Shown here: positions 10,071 to 19,311 of the stretch, piece after piece
How positions within the stretch are numbered: the stretch's first letter is position 1
Layout of the letters: each line of letters begins with the position of its first letter
Source: Candidatus Heimdallarchaeota archaeon
GTDB lineage: Archaea > Asgardarchaeota > Heimdallarchaeia > Hodarchaeales > Hodarchaeaceae
Length of the DNA: 64,000 bases
Assembly: GCA_020353515.1 (NCBI GenBank)
Contig: CP070695.1
Location: 3,257,532 to 3,321,531 of the forward strand
Direction: 5' to 3'
Notes under the pieces: model-generated
Told to the model about the DNA's origin: nothing
Database searches by the model: none
Seen by the model: only the letters and a program-made list of their open reading frames with translations
Program-made: the position numbers and the translations under genes

Positions 10071-10715
10071 TCAACCCATTCTCCTTTTTTTATTGTTGCT
10101 TTGAGTTGGCCGTGGAGCCTCTTTCATATCAATTCTTTCAGATAAATTCAATGTTTCTTGAATTTTTTTAGCTAATTGATTTGTTCTCGCACCTGCTAAC
10201 CTAGTTTCATCTGAATAGAGAATAGATGTCTCTAGAGGCGAATCATCAGAAAGTTGATAATCTACTTCAAGTTGATAACGATTAAAGAGTTTTAGAGTGT
10301 CCAATGGAATTATATGAATCCTAAGTGATCGAATTTGATTTCTTGAAATTGTTTTCATTCTTGACCATTGGAAGAGTTGCCATTGCTTCTGTATCCCTGG
10401 GGTTTTTAGAGATAACTCCTTTTTGATAATCCAACTTTCAGTCCACATCCCTTCTTTTATAGCGATTAGAAAGCAACCTCCCCCAAACAAAAATAAAAGT
10501 GATGTAAACGGAAAAAGATCACTATTTATCAGTCCAAGCCAAAAGAACGCCCAAGGCCCTGACGCGTCTAAAAAACTCCAATAAGCCCATACAAATAGTA
10601 CTTGAAAAAGGAAACCCATTATCATGAAAAAGAGGCTTTTTAATTTACTCCCATGATGAGTTATCCATAATTCATTAGGATTTGACTCGTTTATGTCAAA
10701 TGTCATTTTGTTCAC
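10071..10715 (-). CDS. Hypothetical membrane protein (2 TM plus soluble beta-rich C-terminal domain)
   Basis: Two hydrophobic segments followed by a soluble domain. Confidence 0.6.
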   Translation of the reverse strand: MNKMTFDINESNPNELWITHHGSKLKSLFFMIMGFLFQVLFVWAYWSFLDASGPWAFFWLGLINSDLFPFTSLLFLFGGGCFLIAIKEGMWTESWIIKKELSLKTPGIQKQWQLFQWSRMKTISRNQIRSLRIHIIPLDTLKLFNRYQLEVDYQLSDDSPLETSILYSDETRLAGARTNQLAKKIQETLNLSERIDMKEAPRPTQSNNKKRRMG

Positions 10716-10797
10716 CGATTAAATAGATTTCAGTCAAAATTATCAATTTAGAAATCGTAAACCTTTCTAAAAACGTTTTAGCTTTATTTTTTACCCC

Positions 10798-11871
10798 TCA
10801 AATTACTTTTACAATCCAGTCATATGGATCTTCCACTCGCCCATATTGAATATCTGTTAGCTGGTTGTACAGCTCTCTTGAAATGTCACCAATCTCAAAG
10901 TTATTTATTATGTGTTCTTTATTTTGATAATAAAGACTCCCAACAGGTGCTATTGATGCAGCAGTCCCACTCATGAATACCTCAGATATTTTTCCATTGT
11001 GTATTCCTTTGATAACGTTCTTTATTGAAAGGGCTTCTTCTTCCACATTCAGTCCTTTATCCTTTGCTAATTGAATTGTACTATCACGTGTTACACCAGG
11101 CAATATTGTACCTGATGATAAAGGTGCTGTATAGATTACATCATCAAAGACAAAGAATATGTTACTAGCACCGACTTCCTCAACATACTCTTTCTGGATA
11201 GCATCTAACCACAAGACTTGACTACAACCGTACTGTTCGGCTTCACTACCCACTAATAAGCTTGCTGCATAATTACCACCCGTTTTTACATTGCCAGTAC
11301 CACCAGAAGCAGCTCGTATATAAAATTCACTGACAAAGATTTTTACACACTGGAACCCTTCAGGAAAGTATGGTCCAGAAGGGGAAAGAATGACATAGAA
11401 AAGATAATCAGTGGATGGCCTTACTCCTAAACCTGGTTCTGTACCAATCATGGTGGGCCTTATGTATAATGATGTACCAAGAGATTTTGGAGCCCAATCT
11501 TTCTCGAGTTTTATTAATTCCTTGAGTGCAAATAAGTAATTTTCTGGATCTATTTCTGGCATCATCATCCGCCTAGCAGAAGAATTAAAGCGTTGAGCAT
11601 TTCTATCTGGCCGAAACAGATTTATGTGACCATCTGGTGTACTAAAAGCCTTTTGCCCCTCGAAGATTTCCTGAGCATAATGTAAAACGATTGCAGAGGG
11701 ATCAAGATCTATTGGTGAATATTTTCTTATCACAGGATTCTCCCAAACTCCATTCTTATACTCCATGACAAACATTCTGTCAGTGAATATTTTTCCAAAT
11801 CCTAAATCATCCTCTGACTCATATTTTGGTTTTAGTTCAGATTCAGGAATGTTTTTATAGCTTATTTTCAT
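10798..11871 (-). CDS. ilvE: Branched-chain amino acid aminotransferase
   Basis: LGFGKIFTDRM, LHYAQEIFEGQKA, LYIRP, VKTGGNY (PLP Lys), EEVGASN and ILPGVTR; likely start ATG at 11871 (ORF track starts at 11931). Confidence 0.95.
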   Translation of the reverse strand: MKISYKNIPESELKPKYESEDDLGFGKIFTDRMFVMEYKNGVWENPVIRKYSPIDLDPSAIVLHYAQEIFEGQKAFSTPDGHINLFRPDRNAQRFNSSARRMMMPEIDPENYLFALKELIKLEKDWAPKSLGTSLYIRPTMIGTEPGLGVRPSTDYLFYVILSPSGPYFPEGFQCVKIFVSEFYIRAASGGTGNVKTGGNYAASLLVGSEAEQYGCSQVLWLDAIQKEYVEEVGASNIFFVFDDVIYTAPLSSGTILPGVTRDSTIQLAKDKGLNVEEEALSIKNVIKGIHNGKISEVFMSGTAASIAPVGSLYYQNKEHIINNFEIGDISRELYNQLTDIQYGRVEDPYDWIVKVI

Positions 11872-11939
11872 ATTTAATACTTCCAACGTTGTGGGGTAAA
11901 ACAAAAGACCTTTTTGAAGAATTTTTTTCATTTATGAAA

Positions 11940-12857
11940 TCATTTCTCTTCTTTGGTGAGAATAATTGGTTTGATTAACCTTAAAACTTGTCGTCCAGAT
12001 TTCTTTGTCTTCCAATTAAGAAGATCCATATGAGTTGCAGAAGGGACAGTGAAATTTGTAGCAAATTTCAGAGGCACCCGACTTGCATCCACCAGCCCAT
12101 CATTAGGGATAATGCCAACATGTATAAATGGGAAATGATGATCTATCCGCAATCTTCTGAAGAGGAACGGCTGCCATACAACTGGTAACCATCCAAGTTG
12201 CTTAATCCACTTCAGTCCTCTCACTGTTACCCAAGTGATGAGTTCTTCAATATTTTTGGAACGTCGATTGAGGTGTTTAAGAAAAACAGAATTTGGAACC
12301 ATTTGCATGAATTGTGACTTAAATAATTGAAGATCATCTGATGTTACTCCGTCAGGTAGCTCAAATACTAAGTTTAGTCCAGTCATCAGGATATCAATTG
12401 GTATGTTAATTGAGCATTGGGCTAACCTCGTTCCATGATTTGGGGTTCCTAATAGGAAGATATTGTTAATAATTCCATTTCTGATCCAAATACTATTATT
12501 TTTCTCCTTTGATAAATATTTTACCATACTCCGTGTAACTAATCCGCCCATGGAGTGTGCAAAAATATCTAAACTCACTTCTTCTTGATAATTCTTAAGT
12601 ACAGCACAGATTTGTGCGTAAAAGTGATGAGCTAGAGTTTGAGATGTATTCTCATCGTAAATTGGAGTTTTTAAGTCATAAGGCCTACTAAAGTTTATTC
12701 CATATTTTGAGCTATAATATGAGATATTGAATACATTATCATAAATCTGGGCAAAAGGATCTTCATTTAGTGTGTTTTCAACTTCATGTAGCATTATTGG
12801 AGCGCCTAAAAACCCATGACAACAGACCGCAATACGCTTTCTTGATGTATGAGACAA
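11940..12857 (-). CDS. Alpha/beta-hydrolase (lipase/esterase, PGAP1/DUF676-like)
   Basis: HGFLG oxyanion loop, AHSMGG nucleophile elbow, LGTPNHG, NDGLV (Asp) and ATHMDL (His). Confidence 0.85.
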   Translation of the reverse strand: MSHTSRKRIAVCCHGFLGAPIMLHEVENTLNEDPFAQIYDNVFNISYYSSKYGINFSRPYDLKTPIYDENTSQTLAHHFYAQICAVLKNYQEEVSLDIFAHSMGGLVTRSMVKYLSKEKNNSIWIRNGIINNIFLLGTPNHGTRLAQCSINIPIDILMTGLNLVFELPDGVTSDDLQLFKSQFMQMVPNSVFLKHLNRRSKNIEELITWVTVRGLKWIKQLGWLPVVWQPFLFRRLRIDHHFPFIHVGIIPNDGLVDASRVPLKFATNFTVPSATHMDLLNWKTKKSGRQVLRLIKPIILTKEEK

Positions 12858-12869
12858 AAATACTGGCTC

Positions 12870-14816
12870 CTATTCTTTTTGGGTGATAGAAGATATATCT
12901 TCTTTCTTTTTAAAAATGTCTTTTACAACTGTAGGGGAGAGATATAACATGAAAAATAGATCAATTACAATTATATTTAATAGAAGGAAAACGAGGGGGT
13001 TGTTTATAAATGTAGTTCTGTTCAATAATGCATGTATGATCATAAATACAAGTATAGAGAAGACGGTATATTTGTGAATTCTTCTAACCAGTTTTCTTTG
13101 TCTAACCAACTTAAAAGCAAAAATAATTCCAGTTACCCCAGCAATAATACCTAAGAGGATGTTCAAGTTCGCTAAATAAATTCCTATGTCATACCGTGTG
13201 GTTGGAAATGAAATGATACCCTCTATAAAGTAAGAAGAAGTACTAAAATATGTATCGATGTTCAAAAAATTCCAAAGGTCACGAACATGACCATGGATTA
13301 CCATAAAATGAAATATGACTCCTATAAGAGGGATAATTCCTATAATACAATGTATCCATCGCATTTTCTTTGTTAATTTTCGTCTAAGAACGGGGAGAGA
13401 CAAATACAAACAGATATAGAAGGGAATATAAGACAAAAGGGCAAATGTTCTTGCCATATCTGTTAACGGAATAATTGGTTCTTTTTCTTCTTCATAATAT
13501 TCTGATGTTAAACCAATAGGAATGATATAGATAGGAGTATGTGTGGTAGAAAGATCAATCACTTGAGCTGTCGTCCCCTCATATAATGCACCAACAACAA
13601 CAGTTCCTAGACCGTATGATGCACATTTTAAATAGACATTCTGAGCAAACATACCAATATTGAACATCATTATACGATGATATAGGATAGAATCAGCTTG
13701 TTCGCCAATCCAAGATGTATTAACGGAAATAATAATATCTAATTGAGCCTTTTCGATCATCATCTGGTTTAATCCAGCTTTTCTAAGATCTGTCCGCAAA
13801 TCTCCTACTGTTAACAGTTGGAGTGAGTTATTTTTTATAAAAAAGTTGTAAGATCCGTTTATTAATCCATCTACATCACCAATTACTAATTTAAGATCTA
13901 AATGTTGATTTCCTTCAGATAAGTATGGTATTTTGGTACTATCTTTTACAATATCTAAGATCACTGAAAGGGGTATATTTCCATCTAAGTACTGTCTTAT
14001 AGATTTTCGTTTTACAAGAGCCTGCTCAACAGTCATTTCTTCTGTGTTATCAATAGATCGTTTTTTAAATTTTAATAATGGCGAATTAGATTCTCCGTTA
14101 ATTCCAACAGGCAGCACGGTCATAGGTATTAAGGTTGTATTAAGAAAATCCTGTATTATTTCGGTATTGAGATCAGTAATTATTCGTGATTTTAGATTCA
14201 GAGATGTAAGCTGAAGTAAAAAATTTTGAATGGCATGCCCCACCTCCAAATGAACATACTGTACCCCCCGATATTCATATAGCGGATGATCGGTATTATA
14301 TCTAAAAGTAGTGCGTGCATAATCAGCTAAAATTAGGAATACAGTAGAAACGTTGGAAACTGCATCTTGATCTTCACCAAAAAGAGACGATATGAGCTTC
14401 ATCGAATTATATGATGAAGAAACAATTCTTAACTCATGATTCTGGGGCACATAGTTATAACATCCCCTTCTCAGGGAAGAAGATCCGTTATGAACTAAAT
14501 AAATCTCTAAGGGGTATGTTGCTCCAGCAGAAGGAGCAGTTCTTTTATTAATACCATGTGTTATCCCTTGGAGAGACCACAGTATCTGAGAAACCTCTTT
14601 AAGCTCAAGTGGAATATCTCTCAGGTTATCAGTCGTTTTTGATTGATGAATGGCTGAACTTAAAGGAAGATGTCCCTTATAATCTGGTGTAGATAAAGAT
14701 AGTGTATTAGCTGGGAATGGTATGAGTTGAAAAATCAATAAAATTGATGAAAGTCCAAGTACCCCCAGTAAGAAGAAGAATATAACATATTCTGATGATT
14801 TTGTATTTTTACTCAT
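12870..14816 (-). CDS. Membrane-anchored tandem SagB/ThcOx-type nitroreductase fused to a ferric-reductase-like cytochrome b membrane domain
   Basis: N-terminal TM; domain 1 has RTAPSAGATYPLE and LEVGHAIQN; domain 2 has KRKSIR, GMFAQNVYL and GLGTVVVGA; C-terminal domain of about 5 TM has His489/His503 and His581/His595. Confidence 0.8.
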   Translation of the reverse strand: MSKNTKSSEYVIFFFLLGVLGLSSILLIFQLIPFPANTLSLSTPDYKGHLPLSSAIHQSKTTDNLRDIPLELKEVSQILWSLQGITHGINKRTAPSAGATYPLEIYLVHNGSSSLRRGCYNYVPQNHELRIVSSSYNSMKLISSLFGEDQDAVSNVSTVFLILADYARTTFRYNTDHPLYEYRGVQYVHLEVGHAIQNFLLQLTSLNLKSRIITDLNTEIIQDFLNTTLIPMTVLPVGINGESNSPLLKFKKRSIDNTEEMTVEQALVKRKSIRQYLDGNIPLSVILDIVKDSTKIPYLSEGNQHLDLKLVIGDVDGLINGSYNFFIKNNSLQLLTVGDLRTDLRKAGLNQMMIEKAQLDIIISVNTSWIGEQADSILYHRIMMFNIGMFAQNVYLKCASYGLGTVVVGALYEGTTAQVIDLSTTHTPIYIIPIGLTSEYYEEEKEPIIPLTDMARTFALLSYIPFYICLYLSLPVLRRKLTKKMRWIHCIIGIIPLIGVIFHFMVIHGHVRDLWNFLNIDTYFSTSSYFIEGIISFPTTRYDIGIYLANLNILLGIIAGVTGIIFAFKLVRQRKLVRRIHKYTVFSILVFMIIHALLNRTTFINNPLVFLLLNIIVIDLFFMLYLSPTVVKDIFKKKEDISSITQKE

Positions 14817-14842
14817 ACTATACGCAACCGATAGTCTATCGG

Positions 14843-15682
14843 TTATGGATTTTCTGAGATTAGATTCACAGATTTTCCTTTTTGACGATCATAAATTTCC
14901 TTACGGGGTTCCAATTCAAAGACTTTTTTAGGACAATTCTCGACACAGAGTCCACAACCTAGGCACTTCTCTTGATCGATATGAGGACCGCTTTCGTTAT
15001 CAAGGGTTAGCGCTTTTTTATGGCAAAATTTCACACAAATCCCACATTTATCACAAGCATCTGCATTAATTACACTTGACTGATAGAATGAGGGAAGTTG
15101 TCCCCAATCGATCTCAGGAGCCCACCAAGAAGCACAGAATTGGTCACAATTACATAAGCATGCGACACGGGGAGGCCATTTCCAAAGTACTGTTTGAAAG
15201 CAGTGTTCTTCTTTTCTTGATTCCACAATGATATCTCTAGCATCTTCAGGGTCAACATAGGTTCCGATTGTTGGTTTTCCTTTGAGTTTAGCTTTCCCAT
15301 CCCATCGACGAGCCTGTTCAGCATCATTATTCAGTAAAATACACTTGTATAACTTGGGATGTTCAGAATGTGTTGAATGGCGACAACTACAGTATGTCAG
15401 ATAAACATCTTTACTCATCTCAAGAATCTTCAATGACTCCTCTAAGGTTGATACTACTTGCCCACCATGAATTTTTTTAGCATAAAAATTATAGAAATTC
15501 TTTTTTGGAAAACCCCAAGGTTTTGTTTTTTTCGAGATGTCATCTATGGTTCCATAGAGTATCCCCATGTCAATATGCCAGTCCCAAAACCGTTGAAACC
15601 TATTTATTGTACCTAAATCATGGTTTGAAGGCTCTAAATACCAAACCTTACGTGCAGTATGTTCAACACACCATCGACACAT
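14843..15682 (-). CDS. 4Fe-4S binding protein (Cys-rich domain plus 2x[4Fe-4S] ferredoxin domain)
   Basis: MCRWC, CSCR and CLCNCDQFC motifs; CDKCGICVKFC and CLGCGLCVENCP. Confidence 0.85.
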   Translation of the reverse strand: MCRWCVEHTARKVWYLEPSNHDLGTINRFQRFWDWHIDMGILYGTIDDISKKTKPWGFPKKNFYNFYAKKIHGGQVVSTLEESLKILEMSKDVYLTYCSCRHSTHSEHPKLYKCILLNNDAEQARRWDGKAKLKGKPTIGTYVDPEDARDIIVESRKEEHCFQTVLWKWPPRVACLCNCDQFCASWWAPEIDWGQLPSFYQSSVINADACDKCGICVKFCHKKALTLDNESGPHIDQEKCLGCGLCVENCPKKVFELEPRKEIYDRQKGKSVNLISENP

Positions 15683-15772
15683 ATATTACACCTTGCGAGA
15701 AATGTTATCGGAAACAATTTTTTCAACTTTTAATATGTGTCTATTAACCTTCTTTTTAGGAAATTATTTGAT

Positions 15773-16432
15773 ATGACACTGATTGATTTAGCTCAGGCAC
15801 TTATGTTATCATTTTCAGCAGTTTTCATTATGGAATTGGGAGATAAAACTCAATTGGCTGCATTTGCATTGAGTATGAGGTATCGAAGTCCGTTAAAAGT
15901 GTTCTTAGGAGCTATTTTGGGATTAACTGGGGTTACAGTACTTGCTGTAATTATTGGAACCCTAATGAAAAACACAGTTGATGTATCTCTATTAAAACCT
16001 ATTATAGGACTTCTTTTTATTCTAGGTGGAATAATGATCTTAATAATTAACTTTAAGAAAGGATCTGATGAAGCTGTCCGAATCTGTCCTGTTAGAATGG
16101 AATTTTGCGCTAAACCTCATGAAAACTGTCCTGATATAGAGCATTGTGATCTCTATTTAAAGGAAGTTGTGCAGAAGGGGGGATTTGTAGGTTCGCTATC
16201 CTTTATGTTTCTAGCAGAATTAGGGGATAAAACGATGTTGATGGGTGTAGGATTAGCTACTCAATTTGATCCCTGGGGGGTATTATTTGGAGCTGTATTA
16301 GCGTTATCTCTAATTAATGGTATCGGAGTTTATGCTGGTGACAAAGTGGCAAAAAAACTTCCTAGAGATAAAATAAATCTGGTTTCAGCAATATTATTTA
16401 TAGTATTAGGTTTTCTTATCTTTTTCCTTTAA
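15773..16432 (+). CDS. TMEM165/GDT1 (UPF0016) Ca2+/Mn2+ transporter
   Basis: Two ELGDKT signature motifs and 6 TM; likely ATG at 15773 (ORF track starts at 15737). Confidence 0.92.
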   Translation: MTLIDLAQALMLSFSAVFIMELGDKTQLAAFALSMRYRSPLKVFLGAILGLTGVTVLAVIIGTLMKNTVDVSLLKPIIGLLFILGGIMILIINFKKGSDEAVRICPVRMEFCAKPHENCPDIEHCDLYLKEVVQKGGFVGSLSFMFLAELGDKTMLMGVGLATQFDPWGVLFGAVLALSLINGIGVYAGDKVAKKLPRDKINLVSAILFIVLGFLIFFL

Positions 16433-16444
16433 GCCTGGGAGAAT

Positions 16445-17473
16445 CTAATCTTCCAATTCAAAACATTTTGTAACGATACGTTCTTTAAAACAGCGGTTGC
16501 AGGAGATACAATCAGCTCTTTTTTTCCCCGATCTGAACTTTTGTACTAGATCAGGTTCTCTGATGAAAGGACGACACAGCGAAATAAAATCAGCGAATTC
16601 GTCATGAAGTTCTTGTATCTGGGTTTGAGATCTGAGCCCTCCAACTAGGATAAGTGGCATATCACCAATATGGTGACTAATTCTTCTTCCTGTAGCAACA
16701 AAATATCCCTCATTTGCTTTCTTAACTGGACGAGTTGACTTCATTCCACTAACCTCGATCGCATCCAGTCCTTCATTAGCTAGCCAACTCGCTACTTTAG
16801 CCCCTTCTTCTACAGTAAAGCCTTCTAAAGGATCATCGGAACCATTCATTTTCACTAATACAGGATAATTAGGTCCGACAGCTGCTCTTATCGCATGATA
16901 GACTGTCAATAAGAATCGAGCACGATTCTCTAAACTTCCCCCCCAAGAATCAGTTCGTTTATTTGTTTTCGTGGAGAGAAATTGGCTTAGTAGATAACCA
17001 TGAGCAGAGTGGATTTGAACTGCATCATAACCAGCTTTTTTGACGCGTAAAGCAGCTGCTCCAAATCCCTTAATTACGTTCTCTATGTCCTCCCCACTCA
17101 TAACCTTAACTCCTTTATCCTCTCTAGCAGAAGCAGTTTTGGTGCTAACAGAATTTGCACCACCGTGGTTCAATTGAGCAGCGATTAAATTCCTTTTGTC
17201 TGCTTCGTGAACTAGTTTGGTAATTTTTTTCAAGCCATCTATCTGCATATCATTTGCTATACCAGCCATATGTGTGTGAGCCTTCCCTTCATCCATTACA
17301 TAAAGATGTCCTTGAATTATTAGTCCTATTTCCCCTAACCCGAGATTTGAGTACAAAGGGTAATATTCTTCAGTTATTGTGCCATCTTCATCGTTTGCAA
17401 TGAATTCAGCAGTAGCAGAACGGATAAAACGATTTTGTAGCTTTAATTCGCCAATATTTCCAGGATTAAACAT
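16445..17473 (-). CDS. NADH:flavin oxidoreductase (Old Yellow Enzyme family)
   Basis: NRFIRSAT, AQLNHGG, QIHSAHGYLLSQFLS..NKRTDSWGGSLENRARF and C-terminal CISCNRC. Confidence 0.93.
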   Translation of the reverse strand: MFNPGNIGELKLQNRFIRSATAEFIANDEDGTITEEYYPLYSNLGLGEIGLIIQGHLYVMDEGKAHTHMAGIANDMQIDGLKKITKLVHEADKRNLIAAQLNHGGANSVSTKTASAREDKGVKVMSGEDIENVIKGFGAAALRVKKAGYDAVQIHSAHGYLLSQFLSTKTNKRTDSWGGSLENRARFLLTVYHAIRAAVGPNYPVLVKMNGSDDPLEGFTVEEGAKVASWLANEGLDAIEVSGMKSTRPVKKANEGYFVATGRRISHHIGDMPLILVGGLRSQTQIQELHDEFADFISLCRPFIREPDLVQKFRSGKKRADCISCNRCFKERIVTKCFELED

Positions 17474-17530
17474 GATTTTCTAATATTTCAGATTTTTCTT
17501 AAGATCTTTTCATCTGTAAAGTCAAGATCT

Positions 17531-18004
17531 CTAAATATCTGATTTTTGTCGAATTAAGTAGAAAATAGTAGGAATGACTATAATCCATCCAACAATGACT
17601 CCTACTGCAATATGAGCGGGAGGATTACGAGCAACAAGCATATTTGTTATAAATCCTAAGATTAGGGCAAAAAATCCCACTCCAGCTCCTAAAAGGTCAT
17701 TTTTTCGTATTAAAAATGCTGCTGCGAAGCTTATGAAGCCTACACACAAGCTCAACAATCCCCACCAAGATGATTTAATCGTCCAATGTTCGAGATGATC
17801 TGTAATATAATTTAGATAACCTGGAGCAGATAGCTCGAATATCAGAGACAACCCCCAACCCACGAATCCGACTAGACCAATTATTCCGAGAACTATAAAC
17901 TGAAAGACCACCAAGCTTAGAAGTGGATCACTTCTAACAGATAATGCTAATTGTTTGTATTTTTGAAACAATTTTTTACTCCAAGTTGAACTAGATTCAG
18001 GCAT
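17531..18004 (-). CDS. Hypothetical membrane protein (4 TM)
   Basis: Four hydrophobic segments. Confidence 0.6.
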   Translation of the reverse strand: MPESSSTWSKKLFQKYKQLALSVRSDPLLSLVVFQFIVLGIIGLVGFVGWGLSLIFELSAPGYLNYITDHLEHWTIKSSWWGLLSLCVGFISFAAAFLIRKNDLLGAGVGFFALILGFITNMLVARNPPAHIAVGVIVGWIIVIPTIFYLIRQKSDI

Positions 18005-18052
18005 TTCGATCTCCTCTAATTATTATTCTAAATTCTCCCATCTTCATATTTT

Positions 18053-19192
18053 TTGGGTTATTTTATTGAAATACCTAAACAAATTATGTATCTTCTGTAC
18101 GAGGTCTTCTATTTGACATTATTAATTACTGGTGGAACGGGGTTAGTTGGCCGACATCTAGTTCAACATTTACTTGATGAATCCCCCTATGCCAATCAAC
18201 CCGAAAAAATTAGATTATTGGTTCGCAATAAGGAAAGAAATCCCCATCAGCAACGATTTTTACAAAAGTGTTTTGAAATAGGGGTTGACATCTTTCTAGG
18301 GAATTTGAGAAATGATGACGATGTATTAGCTTTTACAGATGTATCAGATCCTCAGAATTCTATATTGATTCATTCAGGGGCCATTTTTAACTTCTGGCAA
18401 CCGTATGAGCTTCTTTATGATGTTAATGTCTGTGGTACAATGAGAATCTTACATGGTTTTCTTCAAAATCGGATAAAAAAGATGATCTATCTCTCTTCGG
18501 TTGCTGTATATGGACGAATGACTGGAAATAATGGTCGTGGTGTTACAGAAACCAGTGAGATTGACCTCACTCTCAATAAGAATTATGAATTAACAAAGGC
18601 ATTGGGAGAAGCCTGTGTTCAAGAGTTCCAAAACAATCATCCTGAGAAATTAATAACAATTTTACGTCCATCTGGTATTATTGGTGGATCTGGATCAACA
18701 TTGGATGTTCTTGCACGAATGTTTGTTGGCCGTTTTGCACCTTTACCTCGTGGTGGAAAGGATAGGATCAGTCTCGTTGATGTAAAGGATGTAGTCTCTG
18801 CAATTGTATATTTTTCTGATTTTACTAGAGGTAACGGTGAGGAGTTTAATCTTGTAAGTTTTACTCCCACTCTGCGTGAGGTTGTACAGGAATTGAGTCA
18901 AGCTCTTCAAAAGAAGAATTTAAACATTATAGCCATCCCTCTTTTTATATTCAAGCCCCTTTATTATCTTGCACGTATTATTCGCAAGATTAAAAAACCC
19001 CAAGAACACTCATTTCTGCTTCCAGTCTTATTTGACAAGTTAGGACAGGATGTATGGATTGATAGTGAGAAACTAAGATTGTATGGGTTTCAATCAAATG
19101 GTACAAACCTCTCTGAGTCAATGGCAAGATTTGGATCCTTTTTAGCGAAAAATCCTTGGTATGCTGAACAGAAATTTGGTTTTGCTTTATAA
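18053..19192 (+). CDS. NAD-dependent epimerase/dehydratase (extended SDR)
   Basis: TGGTGLVG, SSVAVYG, YELTK (YxxxK) and LRPSGI; true start probably further downstream. Confidence 0.9.
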   Translation: MGYFIEIPKQIMYLLYEVFYLTLLITGGTGLVGRHLVQHLLDESPYANQPEKIRLLVRNKERNPHQQRFLQKCFEIGVDIFLGNLRNDDDVLAFTDVSDPQNSILIHSGAIFNFWQPYELLYDVNVCGTMRILHGFLQNRIKKMIYLSSVAVYGRMTGNNGRGVTETSEIDLTLNKNYELTKALGEACVQEFQNNHPEKLITILRPSGIIGGSGSTLDVLARMFVGRFAPLPRGGKDRISLVDVKDVVSAIVYFSDFTRGNGEEFNLVSFTPTLREVVQELSQALQKKNLNIIAIPLFIFKPLYYLARIIRKIKKPQEHSFLLPVLFDKLGQDVWIDSEKLRLYGFQSNGTNLSESMARFGSFLAKNPWYAEQKFGFAL

Positions 19193-19311
19193 CTTTCACT
19201 TAAAAATTATTTAATTTCCAATCATTTCAAATTTACCCAGTCTGAAATGGCTTTATAGGGTAGTGGAATTGCTTTTTTTGTTTTATCGAGACAATAATCG
19301 TGAGTTGGTAA

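Noticed and set aside
12870-14816. Azole/RiPP biosynthetic cluster suggested by the SagB/ThcOx domains
   Set aside because: No YcaO, E1-like partner or Cys/Ser/Thr-rich precursor peptide nearby, and the topology points to an extracytoplasmic location.
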